NCBI RefSeq assembly: GCF_009914755.1
Contig: NC_060940.1
DNA: 64,000 nt
DNA from: the human T2T-CHM13v2.0 reference genome, Homo sapiens
Strand: one strand, 5' to 3'
How positions within the stretch are numbered: the stretch's first letter is position 1; every line of letters begins with the position of its first letter. The position numbers and the translations under genes are program-made. The notes under the pieces were generated by a model that saw nothing but the letters and a program-made list of their open reading frames with translations, ran no database searches and was not told the DNA's origin. This document shows positions 15,201-30,560 of this stretch, one piece after another.

Positions 15201-18200
15201 TCCATCTGATTCTATTCGAGGATTCCATTTGATTCCATTCGATGATGATTCCATTCGAGTCCATTCGATGATTTCATTCGAGTACATCCAATGATTCCAT
15301 TCGAGTCCATTAGATGATTCCATTTGATTCCATTTGAAAATGATTCTACTAGAGTCCATTCAATGACTCCATTCGAGTCCATTCAACAATTCCATTCGAC
15401 TCCATTCGATGATTCCATTCGATTCCATTTGATGGTTCCATTCGAGTCCATTTAATCATTACAGTCGAGTCCATTTGGTGATTCCACTGGATTTCCTTTG
15501 ATAATGATACCATTCAATTACATTTGATGATGATCCCATTCAATTTCATTTGATGATGATTCCATTAGAGTCCATTCGATGATTTCATTCGAGTCCCTTC
15601 ATTGATTCCATCCGATTTCATTGGATGATGACTCCATTCGAGTCCATTCGATGATTCCACTTGATTCCATTAGATGACTCCATTGGAGTCCATTTGATTG
15701 TTCCATTCGATTCCATTCGATTCCTTTCGAAGATTATTCCATTTGAGTCCATTCGATGATGATTCCATTCCATTCCATTCGATGATTCCGTTTGATTCCA
15801 TTCGATGATTCCCTTCGATTCCTTTCTTTGATGATTCCATTCCATTCCATTCAATGATTCCATTCGAATCTATTCCATGATGATTCCTTTCGATTCCATT
15901 CGCTGATGTTTCCGTTCAATTCCATTCGATGATGATTCCATTCGATTCCATTCATTGAGGATTCCATTTGATTCCATTCAATGATGATTCCATTCTATTC
16001 CATTCAATGATTGCATTCAATTCCATTCAATGATTATCCCCTTAGAGTAAACTCAACGATTCCATTCAATACCATTCGATGATGATTCCTTTTGAGTCCA
16101 TTCAATGATTTCATTCAAGTCCATTTGATGATTCCTTTCAATTCCATTCTATGATGATTCCATTCGAGTCCATTCGATGATTCCATTCGATTGCATTCGA
16201 TGATTCCATTATATTCCATTCAACGGTGATTCCATTCGAGTCCATTCCATGATTCCATTAGAGTACATTTAATGATTGCTTTGTTTTCAATTCGAAGATG
16301 ATTACATTGGATTCCATTCTATGATACCATTCGATTCCATTCAATGATGATTCCACTCAAATCCATTGGATGATTCCATTCGTGTCCATTCGGTGATTTC
16401 ATTAGATTCCATTCGAGGATGATTCCATTCGATTCCATTCGATGATTCCATTCAATTCCATTCGATGATGATTCCATTCCAGTCCATATGATCATTCCAT
16501 TTGATTTCATTCGATGATGATTCCATTCGATTCGATTCGACGATTCCATTCTATTCCATTCGATGATGATTCCATTCGAGTCCATTCGATCATTCCATTC
16601 GAGTCCATTTAATGATTCCATTGGGTTCAATTCAATGATGATTACATTGGATTCCGTTCTATGATTCCATTCAATTCCGTTCATTGACAATTTGATTCCA
16701 TTCGATGATGATTCCATTTGAGTTCATTCGATGATTCTATTCGATTCTCTTCGATGGTGATTCAATTCTATTATATTGGATGATTCCATTCGATTCCATT
16801 TGATGTTGATTCAATTCGATTCTATTCGATGATGATTCCATTGGATTTCACTTGATGATTCTATTCGATTCCATTCAATGATGATTCACTTCTCGTCCAT
16901 TGGATGATTCCATTTCATTCCATTCGATGATGATTCCATTCGATTCCATTCGTTGATTCCATTTGATTCCATGCGACAGTGAGCAATTCGATTCAATTCC
17001 ATGATGATTCTATTTGATTCAATTAGATGATGTTTCCATTCGAATCCATTCCATGATTATTCCATTGGAATCCATTCGGCGATGATTCCATATGAGTCAA
17101 TTCAATGATGATTCCATATGGGTCCGTTCGATGATAATTCCATTTGATTTCATTCGATGCTTCTATTCTATTACAGTCGATGATGATTCCGTTGGAGTCC
17201 ATACGATGATTCCATTTGATTTCATTTGATGATGATTCCATTCGATGATGATTACATTGGATTCCATTCTATGATTCCATTCAATTCCATTCGTTGATGA
17301 TTCGATTCCATTCAATGATGATTCCATTTGAGTTCATTAGATGATTCTATTCGATTCCGTTCGATGGTGATTCAATTCTATTATATTGGATGATTCCACT
17401 CGATTCCATTTGATGATTATTCCATTGGAGTCCACTTAGTGAATCCTTTAGATTCTACTCGACGATGATTCCATTCGAGTCCATTCGATGATACCATTCA
17501 ATTCCATTCGTTGATGCTTCCATTCAAGTGCATTCGATGATATCATTCGATTCCATTTGATGATAATTCCATTTGATTCCATGCGATGATTCTATTCGAT
17601 TCCATTCCATGATAATTCCATTCAATTCAGTGATTCCTCTGGACTCCATTTGATGATGATTCCATTCAATGATTCCATTCGATTCTATTCGAAAATGATT
17701 CCATTTGAATCCATTTGATGATGATTCCATTAGATTCCATTTGATGATTCCATTCGATTCCATTCGACGATGATTCCATTCGATTCCGTTTGATGATTCC
17801 ATTCTATTCTATTCGATGATGATTCCATTCGATTCCATTCGATGATGATTGGATTCGATTCCATTTGATGATTTCATTTGATTCCATTCGTTAATGATTT
17901 CGATCAATTCCATTCGATGATTCCATTCGATTCCATTCGATAATGATTACATCCGAGTCCATTCGATGATTCCCTTTGAGCCTGTTCGATAATTCCATTT
18001 GAGTCCAACCAATGATTCCATTCATTTCCATTCAATGATTCCATTCGAGTCCATTTGATCATTCCGGTAGGGTCCATTCGATGTTGATTCCATTGGAGTG
18101 CATTCGATGATTCCATTCGAGTCCATTTTAGGATTTGATTCGAGTCCTTTCGATGATTCCATTCGATTCCACTCGATGATGATTTCATTCGAGTCCATTC

Positions 18201-18336
18201 GACACTTCCAATCGATTCCATTTGATGATTCCATTCGAGTCCAATTGATGATTCCATTCAATTCCATTCGATGATGATTCCGTACGATTCCATTCTGTGA
18301 TGATTCCATGTGATTGCATTCAATGATGATTCCTTT
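12225..18336 (+). repeat. HSat2 unit 3 (6112 bp)
   Basis: Landmarks and ORFs offset +12224. Confidence 0.95.
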
Positions 18337-21300
18337 CGATTGCATTCGATTATGATTCATTTCGTGTTCATTCTATGGTTCCACAGGTTTCCATTCGTGT
18401 CCATTCCATTATTCCATTCTATTCCATTTGATGATGATTCCATTCGATTCCATTCATTGGTGATTCCACTCAATTCCATTCAATTATTCCATTCCATTTC
18501 TTTCAACAATGATTCCATTAGTTTCTAATCGATGATCCACTTGATTCCATTTGACGACGATTCCATTCTTGTCCATTCGATGATTCCATTTGATTCCATA
18601 TGATGATGATTCCATTCGATTCCATACCATGATGATTCCATTCGAGTCCATTCAATGGTGATTCCATTCAATTCCATTCGATGATTCCTTTTGATTCCAT
18701 TCGATGATGATGGCATTCGATTCCTTTCAATCATTCCCTTTGATTCCATTCAAAGGTGATTTCATTCAAGTCCATTCGATAATTGCATTCGATTCCATTC
18801 TATGATGATTCCATTCGAGTCCATTTGATGATTCCATTCAATTCAAGTCAATGATGATTCCATTCGATTCCATTCGATGATTCCATTGGATTCCATTCGA
18901 TGATGATTCCATTCAAATCCATTCGATAATTCAATTCAAGTCCATTCGATGATGATTCCAATCGAATCCATTCAAAGATTCCATTCAGTTCCATTCGATG
19001 ATTCCCTTAGATTCCATTCGATGATTCCACTTGATTGCATTTACGATGATTCCATTCGATTCCATGTGATGATTCCATTCAATTCTATTCAACGATGTCT
19101 CCATTTGATTCCATTCGACCATGATTGCCTTTGATTCCATTCAATGATTCCATTCGGTTCCGTTTGATGATGATTCCGTTCGATTCCATTTGATGATTCC
19201 ATTTGATTCCATTGGATGAGTCCATTCGATTACATTCGATGATTATTCCATTCGAGTGCATTAGATGATTCCATTCGAGTCCATTCGATGATTCCATTCG
19301 ATTCCATTCGATGTTGATTCTGTTCAAATCCATTCGATGATTCCACTCGATTCCATTCGTTGACTCCATTTGATCCCATTCGATGATTTCCTTTGATTCC
19401 CTTTGATGATCATTCCATTTGATTCAATTCGGTGATTTCATTTGATTCCATTCAGTGATGTTTCCATTCGACTCCATTCGATGATGATTCCATTCGACTC
19501 CATTCGATTATGATTTCATTCAATTCCATTCGATAATGATTCCCTTCGAGTCCATTCGATGATTCCATTCGATTCCATTCAACGATGATTTGATTCGTGT
19601 CCATTCGATGATTCCATTTGATTCCACTTGATGATGATTCCATTCGAGTCCATTTGATGATTCCATTCAATTCCATACTCCGATGATTTCTTTTGAGCCC
19701 ACTCAATGCTTCCACTCGATTCCATATGATGATGACTCCATTCGATGAAATTCGATGATGATTCCATTCGCTTGCTTTCGATGATGATTCCACTTGAGTC
19801 CGTTAGAAGATTCTATTCAATTACATTCCATGACGATTCCGTTCGAGTCCATTTGATGATTCCATTAGACTCCATTCGACGATGATTCCATTCGATGTTA
19901 TTCGATGATTCCATTCGATCTCATTCGATGATGATTCCATTCAACTCCATTCGATGTTTCCATTCGAGTTCATTCTATTATTCCATTAGATTCCATTCGA
20001 TGATGATTCCATTCGATTCCATTTGATGATTGCATTCTATTACATTTGATGATGATTCCATTCGAGTCCACTCGATGATTCCATTCGAGTCCATTTAATG
20101 AATCCATTGGTTTCAATTCTATGATGATTACATTGGATTCCATTCGTTGATGATTTCATTCGGTTCCATTCAATGATGATTCCATTCAATTCCTTTCAAT
20201 GTTTCCATTCAATTCCATACGATGATGATTCCATTTGATTTGATTCGACAGTGAGCCATTCGATTCAATTCCATGATGATTCTATTTGATTCAATTGGTT
20301 GACATTTCCATTCGATTCCATTCGATGATGATTCCCTTTGATTCCGTTCAAAGATGATTCCATTCTAGCCCATTCAATCATTCCATTCGATTCTATTCAA
20401 TGATGATTCCATTCATGTCGATTTGGTGATTCCATTTGACTTCATTTGATGATGATTCCTTTCAAGTTCATTAGATGATTCCATTCGATTCCATTTGATG
20501 ATGATCCCATTCGAGTCCATTCAGTGATTCCATTCGTTTCCATTCCATGATGATTCCATTCCTTTCCATTCAATGATTCCATTCGATTCCGTTTGATGAT
20601 GATTTCATTCGAGTCCATTTGATGATTCCATTTGATTCCATTCGATGATGATTCCATTCGAGTCCATTCGATGATTCTATTCGAATCCATTTGATGATTT
20701 CTTTTGATTATATTTGGTGATGATTCCATTGGAGTCCATTCAATGATTCCATTCTATTCCAATCGATGATGATTCCATTAGAGTCCATTTAATGATTCCA
20801 TTTGATTCCAGTCTCTGATGATTACATTCGAGTCCATACGATGATTCCACTCAATTCCATATGATGATGATTCCATTTGATTCCATTCGGTGATTCCATT
20901 CTATTCTATTCAATGGTGATTCCATTCGAGTACATTAGATGATTCCATTCGATTCCATTCAATGATGATTCTATTTGTGTCCCTTAGATGATTCCACATG
21001 ATTCCATTAGATGATGATACTATTTGAGCCCATCCAATGATTCCCTTCGATTCCATTCGATGAGGATTCCATTCGATTCAATTCATTGGTGATTCTATTC
21101 AATTCAATTCTTTGATTCCATTCCATTCCATTCGACAATGATTCCATTCGATTTCTTTCGATGATTCCACTCGATTCCACTTGACATTGATTCCATTCGA
21201 TTCCATTCAATGATTCCATTTGATTCCAGTGGATGATGATTGCCATCGATTCCATTCGATCACTCCATTCTATTCCATTTGATGATGATTACATTCGATT

Positions 21301-24300
21301 CCATTTGATGATTCCATCTGATTCTATTCGAGGATTCCATTTGATTCCATTCGATGATGATTCCATTCGAGTCCATTCGATGATTTCATTCGAGTACATC
21401 CAATGATTCCATTCGAGTCCATTAGATGATTCCATTTGATTCCATTTGAAAATGATTCTACTAGAGTCCATTCAATGACTCCATTCGAGTCCATTCAACA
21501 ATTCCATTCGACTCCATTCGATGATTCCATTCGATTCCATTTGATGGTTCCATTCGAGTCCATTTAATCATTACAGTCGAGTCCATTTGGTGATTCCACT
21601 GGATTTCTTTTGATAATGATACCATTCAATTACATTTGATGATGATCCCATTCAATTTCATTTGATGATGATTCCATTAGAGTCCATTCGATGATTTCAT
21701 TCGAGTCCCTTCATTGATTCCATCCGATTTCATTGGATGATGACTCCATTCGAGTCCATTCGATGATTCCACTCGATTCCATTAGATGACTCCATTGGAG
21801 TCCATTTGATTGTTCCATTCGATTCCATTCGATTCCTTTCGAAGATTATTCCATTTGAGTCCATTCGATGATGATTCCATTCCATTCCATTCGATGATTC
21901 CGTTTGATTCCATTCGATGATTCCCTTCGATTCCTTTCTTTGATGATTCCATTCCATTCCATTCAATGATTCCATTCGAATCTATTCCATGATGATTCCT
22001 TTCGATTCCATTCGCTGATGTTTCCGTTCAATTCCATTCGATGATGATTCCATTCGATTCCATTCATTGAGGATTCCATTTGATTCCATTCAATGATGAT
22101 TCCATTCTATTCCATTCAATGATTGCATTCAATTCCATTCAATGATTATCCCATTAGAGTAAACTCAACGATTCCATTCAATACCATTCGATGATGATTC
22201 CTTTTGAGTCCATTCAATGATTTCATTCAAGTCCATTTGATGATTCCTTTCAATTCCATTCTATGATGATTCCATTCGAGTCCATTCGATGATTCCATTC
22301 GATTGCTTTCGATGATTCCATTATATTCCATTCAACGGTGATTCCATTCGAGTCCATTCCATGATTCCATTAGAGTACATTTAATGATTGCTTTGTTTTC
22401 AATTCGAAGATGATTACATTGGATTCCATTCTATGATACCATTCGATTCCATTCAATGATGATTCCACTCAAATCCATTGGATGATTCCATTCGTGTCCA
22501 TTCGGTGATTTCATTAGATTCCATTCGAGGATGATTCCATTCGATTCCATTCGATGATTCCATTCAATTCCATTCGATGATGATTCCATTCCAGTCCATA
22601 TGATCATTCCATTTGATTTCATTCGATGATGATTCCATTCGATTCCATTCGACGATTCCATTCTATTCCATTCGATGATGATTCCATTCGAGTCCATTTG
22701 ATCATTCCATTCGAGTCCATTTAATGATTCCATTGGGTTCAATTCAATGATGATTACATTGGATTCCGTTCTATGATTCCATTCAATTCCGTTCATTGAC
22801 AATTTGATTCCATTCGATGATGATTCCATTTGAGTTCATTCGATGATTCTATTCGATTCTCTTCGATGGTGATTCAATTCTATTATATTGGATGATTCCA
22901 TTCGATTCCATTTGATGTTGATTCAATTCGATTCTATTCGATGATGATTCCATTGGATTTCACTTGATGATTCTATTCGATTCCATTCAATGATGATTCA
23001 CTTCTCGTCCATTGGATGATTCCATTTCATTCCATTCAATGATGATTCCATTCGATTCCATTCGATGATTCCATTTGATTCCATGCGACGGTGAGCAATT
23101 CGATTCAATTCCATGATGATTCTATTTGATTCAATTAGATGATGTTTCCATTCGAATCCATTCCATGATTATTCCATTGGAATCCATTCGGCGATGATTC
23201 CATATGAGTCAATTCAATGATGATTCCATATGGGTCCGTTCGATGATAATTCCATTTGATTTCATTCGATGCTTCTATTCTATTCCAGTCGATGATGATT
23301 CCGTTGGAGTCCATACGATGATTCCATTTGATTTCATTTGATGATGATTCCATTCGATGATGATTACATTGGATTCCATTCTATGATTCCATTCAATTCC
23401 ATTCGTTGATGATTCGATTCCATTCAATGATGATTCCATTTGAGTTCATTCGATGATTCTATTCGATTCCGTTCGATGGTGATTCAATTCTATTATATTG
23501 GATGATTCCACTCGATTCCATTTGATGATTATTCCATTGGAGTCCACTTAGTGAATCCTTTAGATTCTACTCGACGATGATTCCATTCGAGTCCATTCGA
23601 TGATACCATTCAATTCCATTCGTTGATGCTTCCATTCAAGTGCATTCGATGATATCATTCGATTCCATTTGATGATAATTCCATTTGATTCCATGCGATG
23701 ATTCTATTCGATTCCATTCCATGATAATTCCATTCAATTCAGTGATTCCTCTGGACTCCATTTGATGATGATTCCATTCAATGATTCCATTCGATTCTAT
23801 TCGAAAATGATTCCATTTGAATCCATTTGATGATGATTCCATTAGATTCCATTTGATGATTCCATTCGATTCCATTCGGCGATGATTCCATTCGATTCCG
23901 TTTGATGATTCCATTCTATTCTATTCGATGATGATTCCATTCGATTCCATTCGATGATGATTGGATTCGATTCCATTTGATGATTTCATTTGATTCCATT
24001 CGTTAATGATTTCGATCAATTCCATTCGATGATTCCATTCGATTCCATTCGATAATGATTACATCCGAGTCCATTCGATGATTCCCTTTGAGCCTGTTCG
24101 ATAATTCCATTTGAGTCCAACCAATGATTCCATTCATTTCCATTCAATGATTCCATTCGAGTCCATTTGATCATTCCGGTAGGGTCCATTCGATGTTGAT
24201 TCCATTGGAGTGCATTCGATGATTCCATTCGAGTCCATTTTAGGATTTGATTCGAGTCCTTTCGATGATTCCATTCGATTCCACTCGATGATGATTTCAT

Positions 24301-24448
24301 TCGAGTCCATTCGACACTTCCAATCGATTCCATTTGATGATTCCATTCGAGTCCAATTGATGATTCCATTCAATTCCATTCGATGATGATTCCGTACGAT
24401 TCCATTCTGTGATGATTCCATGTGATTGCATTCAATGATGATTCCTTT
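18337..24448 (+). repeat. HSat2 unit 4 (6112 bp)
   Basis: Offset +18336. Confidence 0.95.
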
Positions 24449-27400
24449 CGATTGCATTTGATTATGATTCATTTCGTGTTCATTCTATGGTTCCACAGGT
24501 TTCCATTCGTGTCCATTCCATTATTCCATTCTATTCCATTTGATGATGATTCCATTCGATTCCATTCATTGGTGATTCCACTCAATTCCATTCAATGATT
24601 CCATTCCATTTCTTTCAACAATGATTCCATTAGTTTCTAATCGATGATCCACTTGATTCCATTTGACGACGATTCCATTCTTGTCCATTCGATGATTCCA
24701 TTTGATTCCATATGATGATGATTCCATTCGATTCCATACCATGATGATTCCATTCGAGTCCATTCAATGGTGATTCCATTCAATTCCATTCGATGATTCC
24801 TTTTGATTCCATTCGATGATGATGGCATTCAATTCCTTTCAATCATTCCCTTTGATTCCATTCAAAGGTGATTTCATTCAAGTCCATTCGATAATTGCAT
24901 TCGATTCCATTCTATGATGATTCCATTCGAGTCCATTTGATGATTCCATTCAATTCAAGTCAATGATGATTCCATTCGATTCCATTCGATGATTCCATTG
25001 GATTCCATTCGATGATGATTCCATTCAAATCCATTCGATAATTCAATTCAAGTCCATTCGATGATGATTCCAATCGAATCCATTCAAAGATTCCATTCAG
25101 TTCCATTCGATGATTCCCTTAGATTCCATTCGATGATTCCACTTGATTGCATTTACGATGATTCCATTCGATTCCATGTGATGATTCCATTCAATTCTAT
25201 TCAACGATGTCTCCATTTGATTCCATTCGACCATGATTGCCTTTGATTCCATTCAATGATTCCATTCGGTTCCGTTTGATGATGATTCCGTTCGATTCCA
25301 TTTGATGATTCCATTTGATTCCATTGGATGAGTCCATTCGATTACATTCGATGATTATTCCATTCGAGTGCATTAGATGATTCCATTCGAGTCCATTCGA
25401 TGATTCCATTCGATTCCATTCGATGTTGATTCTGTTCAAATCCATTCGATGATTCCACTCGATTCCATTCGTTGACTCCATTTGATCCCATTCGATGATT
25501 TCCTTTGATTCCCTTTGATGATCATTCCATTTGATTCAATTCGGTGATTTCATTTGATTCCATTCAGTGATGTTTCCATTCGACTCCATTCGATGATGAT
25601 TCCATTCGACTCCATTCGATTATGATTTCATTCAATTCCATTCGATAATGATTCCCTTCGAGTCCATTCGATGATTCCATTCGATTCCATTCAACGATGA
25701 TTTGATTCGTGTCCATTCGATGATTCCATTTGATTCCACTTGATGATGATTCCATTCGAGTCCATTTGATGATTCCATTCAATTCCATACTCCGATGATT
25801 TCTTTTGAGCCCACTCAATGCTTCCACTCGATTCCATATGATGATGACTCCATTCGATGAAATTCGATGATGATTCCATTCGCTTGCTTTCGATGATGAT
25901 TCCACTTGAGTCCGTTAGAAGATTCTATTCAATTACATTCCATGACGATTCCGTTCGAGTCCATTTGATGATTCCATTAGACTCCATTCGACGATGATTC
26001 CATTCGATGTTATTCGATGATTCCATTCGATCTCATTCGATGATGATTCCATTCAACTCCATTCGATGTTTCCATTCGAGTTCATTCTATTATTCCATTA
26101 GATTCCATTCGATGATGATTCCATTCGATTCCATTTGATGATTGCATTCTATTTCATTTGATGATGATTCCATTCGAGTCCACTCGATGATTCCATTCGA
26201 GTCCATTTAATGAATCCATTGGTTTCAATTCTATGATGATTACATTGGATTCCATTCGTTGATGATTTCATTCGGTTCCATTCAATGATGATTCCATTCA
26301 ATTCCTTTCAATGTTTCCATTCAATTCCATACGATGATGATTCCATTTGATTTGATTCGACAGTGAGCCATTCGATTCAATTCCATGATGATTCTATTTG
26401 ATTCAATTGGTTGACATTTCCATTCGATTCCATTCGATGATGATTCCCTTTGATTCCGTTCAAAGATGATTCCATTCTAGCCCATTCAATCATTCCATTC
26501 GATTCTATTCAATGATGATTCCATTCATGTCGATTTGGTGATTCCATTTGACTTCATTTGATGATGATTCCTTTCAAGTTCATTAGATGATTCCATTCGA
26601 TTCCATTTGATGATGATCCCATTCGAGTCCATTCAGTGATTCCATTCGTTTCCATTCCATGATGATTCCATTCCTTTCCATTCAATGATTCCATTCGATT
26701 CCGTTTGATGATGATTTCATTCGAGTCCATTTGATGATTCCATTTGATTCCATTCGATGATGATTCCATTCGAGTCCATTCGATGATTCTATTCGAATCC
26801 ATTTGATGATTTCTTTTGATTATAGTTGGTGATGATTCCATTGGAGTCCATTCAATGATTCCATTCTATTCCAATCGATGATGATTCCATTAGAGTCCAT
26901 TTAATGATTCCATTTGATTCCAGTCTCTGATGATTACATTCGAGTCCATACGATGATTCCACTCAATTCCATATGATGATGATTCCATTTGATTCCATTC
27001 GGTGATTCCATTCTATTCTATTCAATGGTGATTCCATTCGAGTACATTAGATGATTCCATTCGATTCCATTCAATGATGATTCTATTTGTGTCCCTTAGA
27101 TGATTCCACATGATTCCATTAGATGATGATACTATTTGAGCCCATCCAATGATTCCCTTCGATTCCATTCGATGAGGATTCCATTCGATTCAATTCATTG
27201 GTGATTCTATTCAATTCAACTCTTTGATTCCATTCCATTCCATTCGACAATGATTCCATTCGATTTCTTTCGATGATTCCACTCGATTCCACTTGACATT
27301 GATTCCATTCGATTCCATTCAATGATTCCATTTGATTACAGTGGATGATGATTGCCATCGATTCCATTCGATCACTCCATTCTATTCCATTTGATGATGA

Positions 27401-30400
27401 TTACATTCGATTCCATTTGATGATTCCATCTGATTCTATTCGAGGATTCCATTTGATTCCATTCGATGATGATTCCATTCGAGTCCATTCGATGATTTCA
27501 TTCGAGTACATCCAATGATTCCATTCGAGTCCATTAGATGATTCCATTTGATTCCATTTGAAAATGATTCTACTAGAGTCCATTCAATGACTCCATTCGA
27601 GTCCATTCAACAATTCCATTCGACTCCATTCGATGATTCCATTCGATTCCATTTGATGGTTCCATTCGAGTCCATTTAATCATTACAGTCGAGTCCATTT
27701 GGTGATTCCACTGGATTTCCTTTGATAATGATACCATTCAATTACATTTGATGATGATCCCATTCAATTTCATTTGATGATGATTCCATTAGAGTCCATT
27801 CGATGATTTCATTCGAGTCCCTTCATTGATTCCATCCGATTTCATTGGATGATGACTCCATTCGAGTCCATTCGATGATTCCACTCGATTCCATTAGATG
27901 ACTCCATTGGAGTCCATTTGATTGTTCCATTCGATTCCATTCGATTCCTTTCGAAGATTATTCCATTTGAGTCCATTCGATGATGATTCCATTCCATTCC
28001 ATTCGATGATTCCGTTTGATTCCATTCGATGATTCCCTTCGATTCCTTTCTTTGATGATTCCATTCCATTCCATTCAATGATTCCATTCGAATCTATTCC
28101 ATGATGATTCCTTTCGATTCCATTCGCTGATGTTTCCGTTCAATTCCATTCGATGATGATTCCATTCGATTCCATTCATTGAGGATTCCATTTGATTCCA
28201 TTCAATGATGATTCCATTCTATTCCATTCAATGATTGCATTCAATTCCATTCAATGATTATCCCATTAGAGTAAACTCAACGATTCCATTCAATACCATT
28301 CGATGATGATTCCTTTTGAGTCCATTCAATGATTTCATTCAAGTCCATTTGATGATTCCTTTCAATTCCATTCTATGATGATTCCATTCGAGTCCATTCG
28401 ATGATTCCATTCGATTGCATTCGATGATTCCATTATATTCCATTCAACGGTGATTCCATTCGAGTCCATTCCATGATTCCATTAGAGTACATTTAATGAT
28501 TGCTTTGTTTTCAATTCGAAGATGATTACATTGGATTCCATTCTATGATACCATTCGATTCCATTCAATGATGATTCCACTCAAATCCATTGGATGATTC
28601 CATTCGTGTCCATTCGGTGATTTCATTAGATTCCATTCGAGGATGATTCCATTCGATTCCATTCGATGATTCCATTCAATTCCATTCGATGATGATTCCA
28701 TTCCAGTCCATATGATCATTCCATTTGATTTCATTCGATGATGATTCCATTCGATTCGATTCGACGATTCCATTCTATTCCATTCGATGATGATTCCATT
28801 CGAGTCCATTCGATCATTCCATTCGAGTCCATTTAATGATTCCATTGGGTTCAATTCAATGATGATTACATTGGATTCCGTTCTATGATTCCATTCAATT
28901 CCGTTCATTGACAATTTGATTCCATTCGATGATGATTCCATTTGAGTTCATTCGATGATTCTATTCGATTCTCTTCGATGGTGATTCAATTCTATTATAT
29001 TGGATGATTCCATTCGATTCCATTTGATGTTGATTCAATTCGATTCTATTCGATGATGATTCCATTGGATTTCACTTGATGATTCTATTCGATTCCATTC
29101 AATGATGATTCACTTCTCGTCCATTGGATGATTCCATTTCATTCCATTCGATGATGATTCCATTCGATTCCATTCGTTGATTCCATTTGATTCCATGCGA
29201 CAGTGAGCAATTCGATTCAATTCCATGATGATTCTATTTGATTCAATTAGATGATGTTTCCATTCGAATCCATTCCATGATTATTCCATTGGAATCCATT
29301 CGGCGATGATTCCATATGAGTCAATTCAATGATGATTCCATATGGGTCCGTTCGATGATAATTCCATTTGATTTCATTCGATGCTTCTATTCTATTACAG
29401 TCGATGATGATTCCGTTGGAGTCCATACGATGATTCCATTTGATTTCATTTGATGATGATTCCATTCGATGATGATTACATTGGATTCCATTCTATGATT
29501 CCATTCAATTCCATTCGTTGATGATTCGATTCCATTCAATGATGATTCCATTTGAGTTCATTAGATGATTCTATTCGATTCCGTTCGATGGTGATTCAAT
29601 TCTATTATATTGGATGATTCCACTCGATTCCATTTGATGATTATTCCATTGGAGTCCACTTAGTGAATCCTTTAGATTCTACTCGACGATGATTCCATTC
29701 GAGTCCATTCGATGATACCATTCAATTCCATTCGTTGATGCTTCCATTCAAGTGCATTCGATGATATCATTCGATTCCATTTGATGATAATTCCATTTGA
29801 TTCCATGCGATGATTCTATTCGATTCCATTCCATGATAATTCCATTCAATTCAGTGATTCCTCTGGACTCCATTTGATGATGATTCCATTCAATGATTCC
29901 ATTCGATTCTATTCGAAAATGATTCCATTTGAATCCATTTGATGATGATTCCATTAGATTCCATTTGATGATTCCATTCGATTCCATTCGACGATGATTC
30001 CATTCGATTCCGTTTGATGATTCCATTCTATTCTATTCGATGATGATTCCATTCGATTCCATTCGATGATGATTGGATTCGATTCCATTTGATGATTTCA
30101 TTTGATTCCATTCGTTAATGATTTCGATCAATTCCATTCGATGATTCCATTCGATTCCATTCGATAATGATTACATCCGAGTCCATTCGATGATTCCCTT
30201 TGAGCCTGTTCGATAATTCCATTTGAGTCCAACCAATGATTCCATTCATTTCCATTCAATGATTCCATTCGAGTCCATTTGATCATTCCGGTAGGGTCCA
30301 TTCGATGTTGATTCCATTGGAGTGCATTCGATGATTCCATTCGAGTCCATTTTAGGATTTGATTCGAGTCCTTTCGATGATTCCATTCGATTCCACTCGA

Positions 30401-30560
30401 TGATGATTTCATTCGAGTCCATTCGACACTTCCAATCGATTCCATTTGATGATTCCATTCGAGTCCAATTGATGATTCCATTCAATTCCATTCGATGATG
30501 ATTCCGTACGATTCCATTCTGTGATGATTCCATGTGATTGCATTCAATGATGATTCCTTT
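24449..30560 (+). repeat. HSat2 unit 5 (6112 bp)
   Basis: Offset +24448. Confidence 0.95.
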
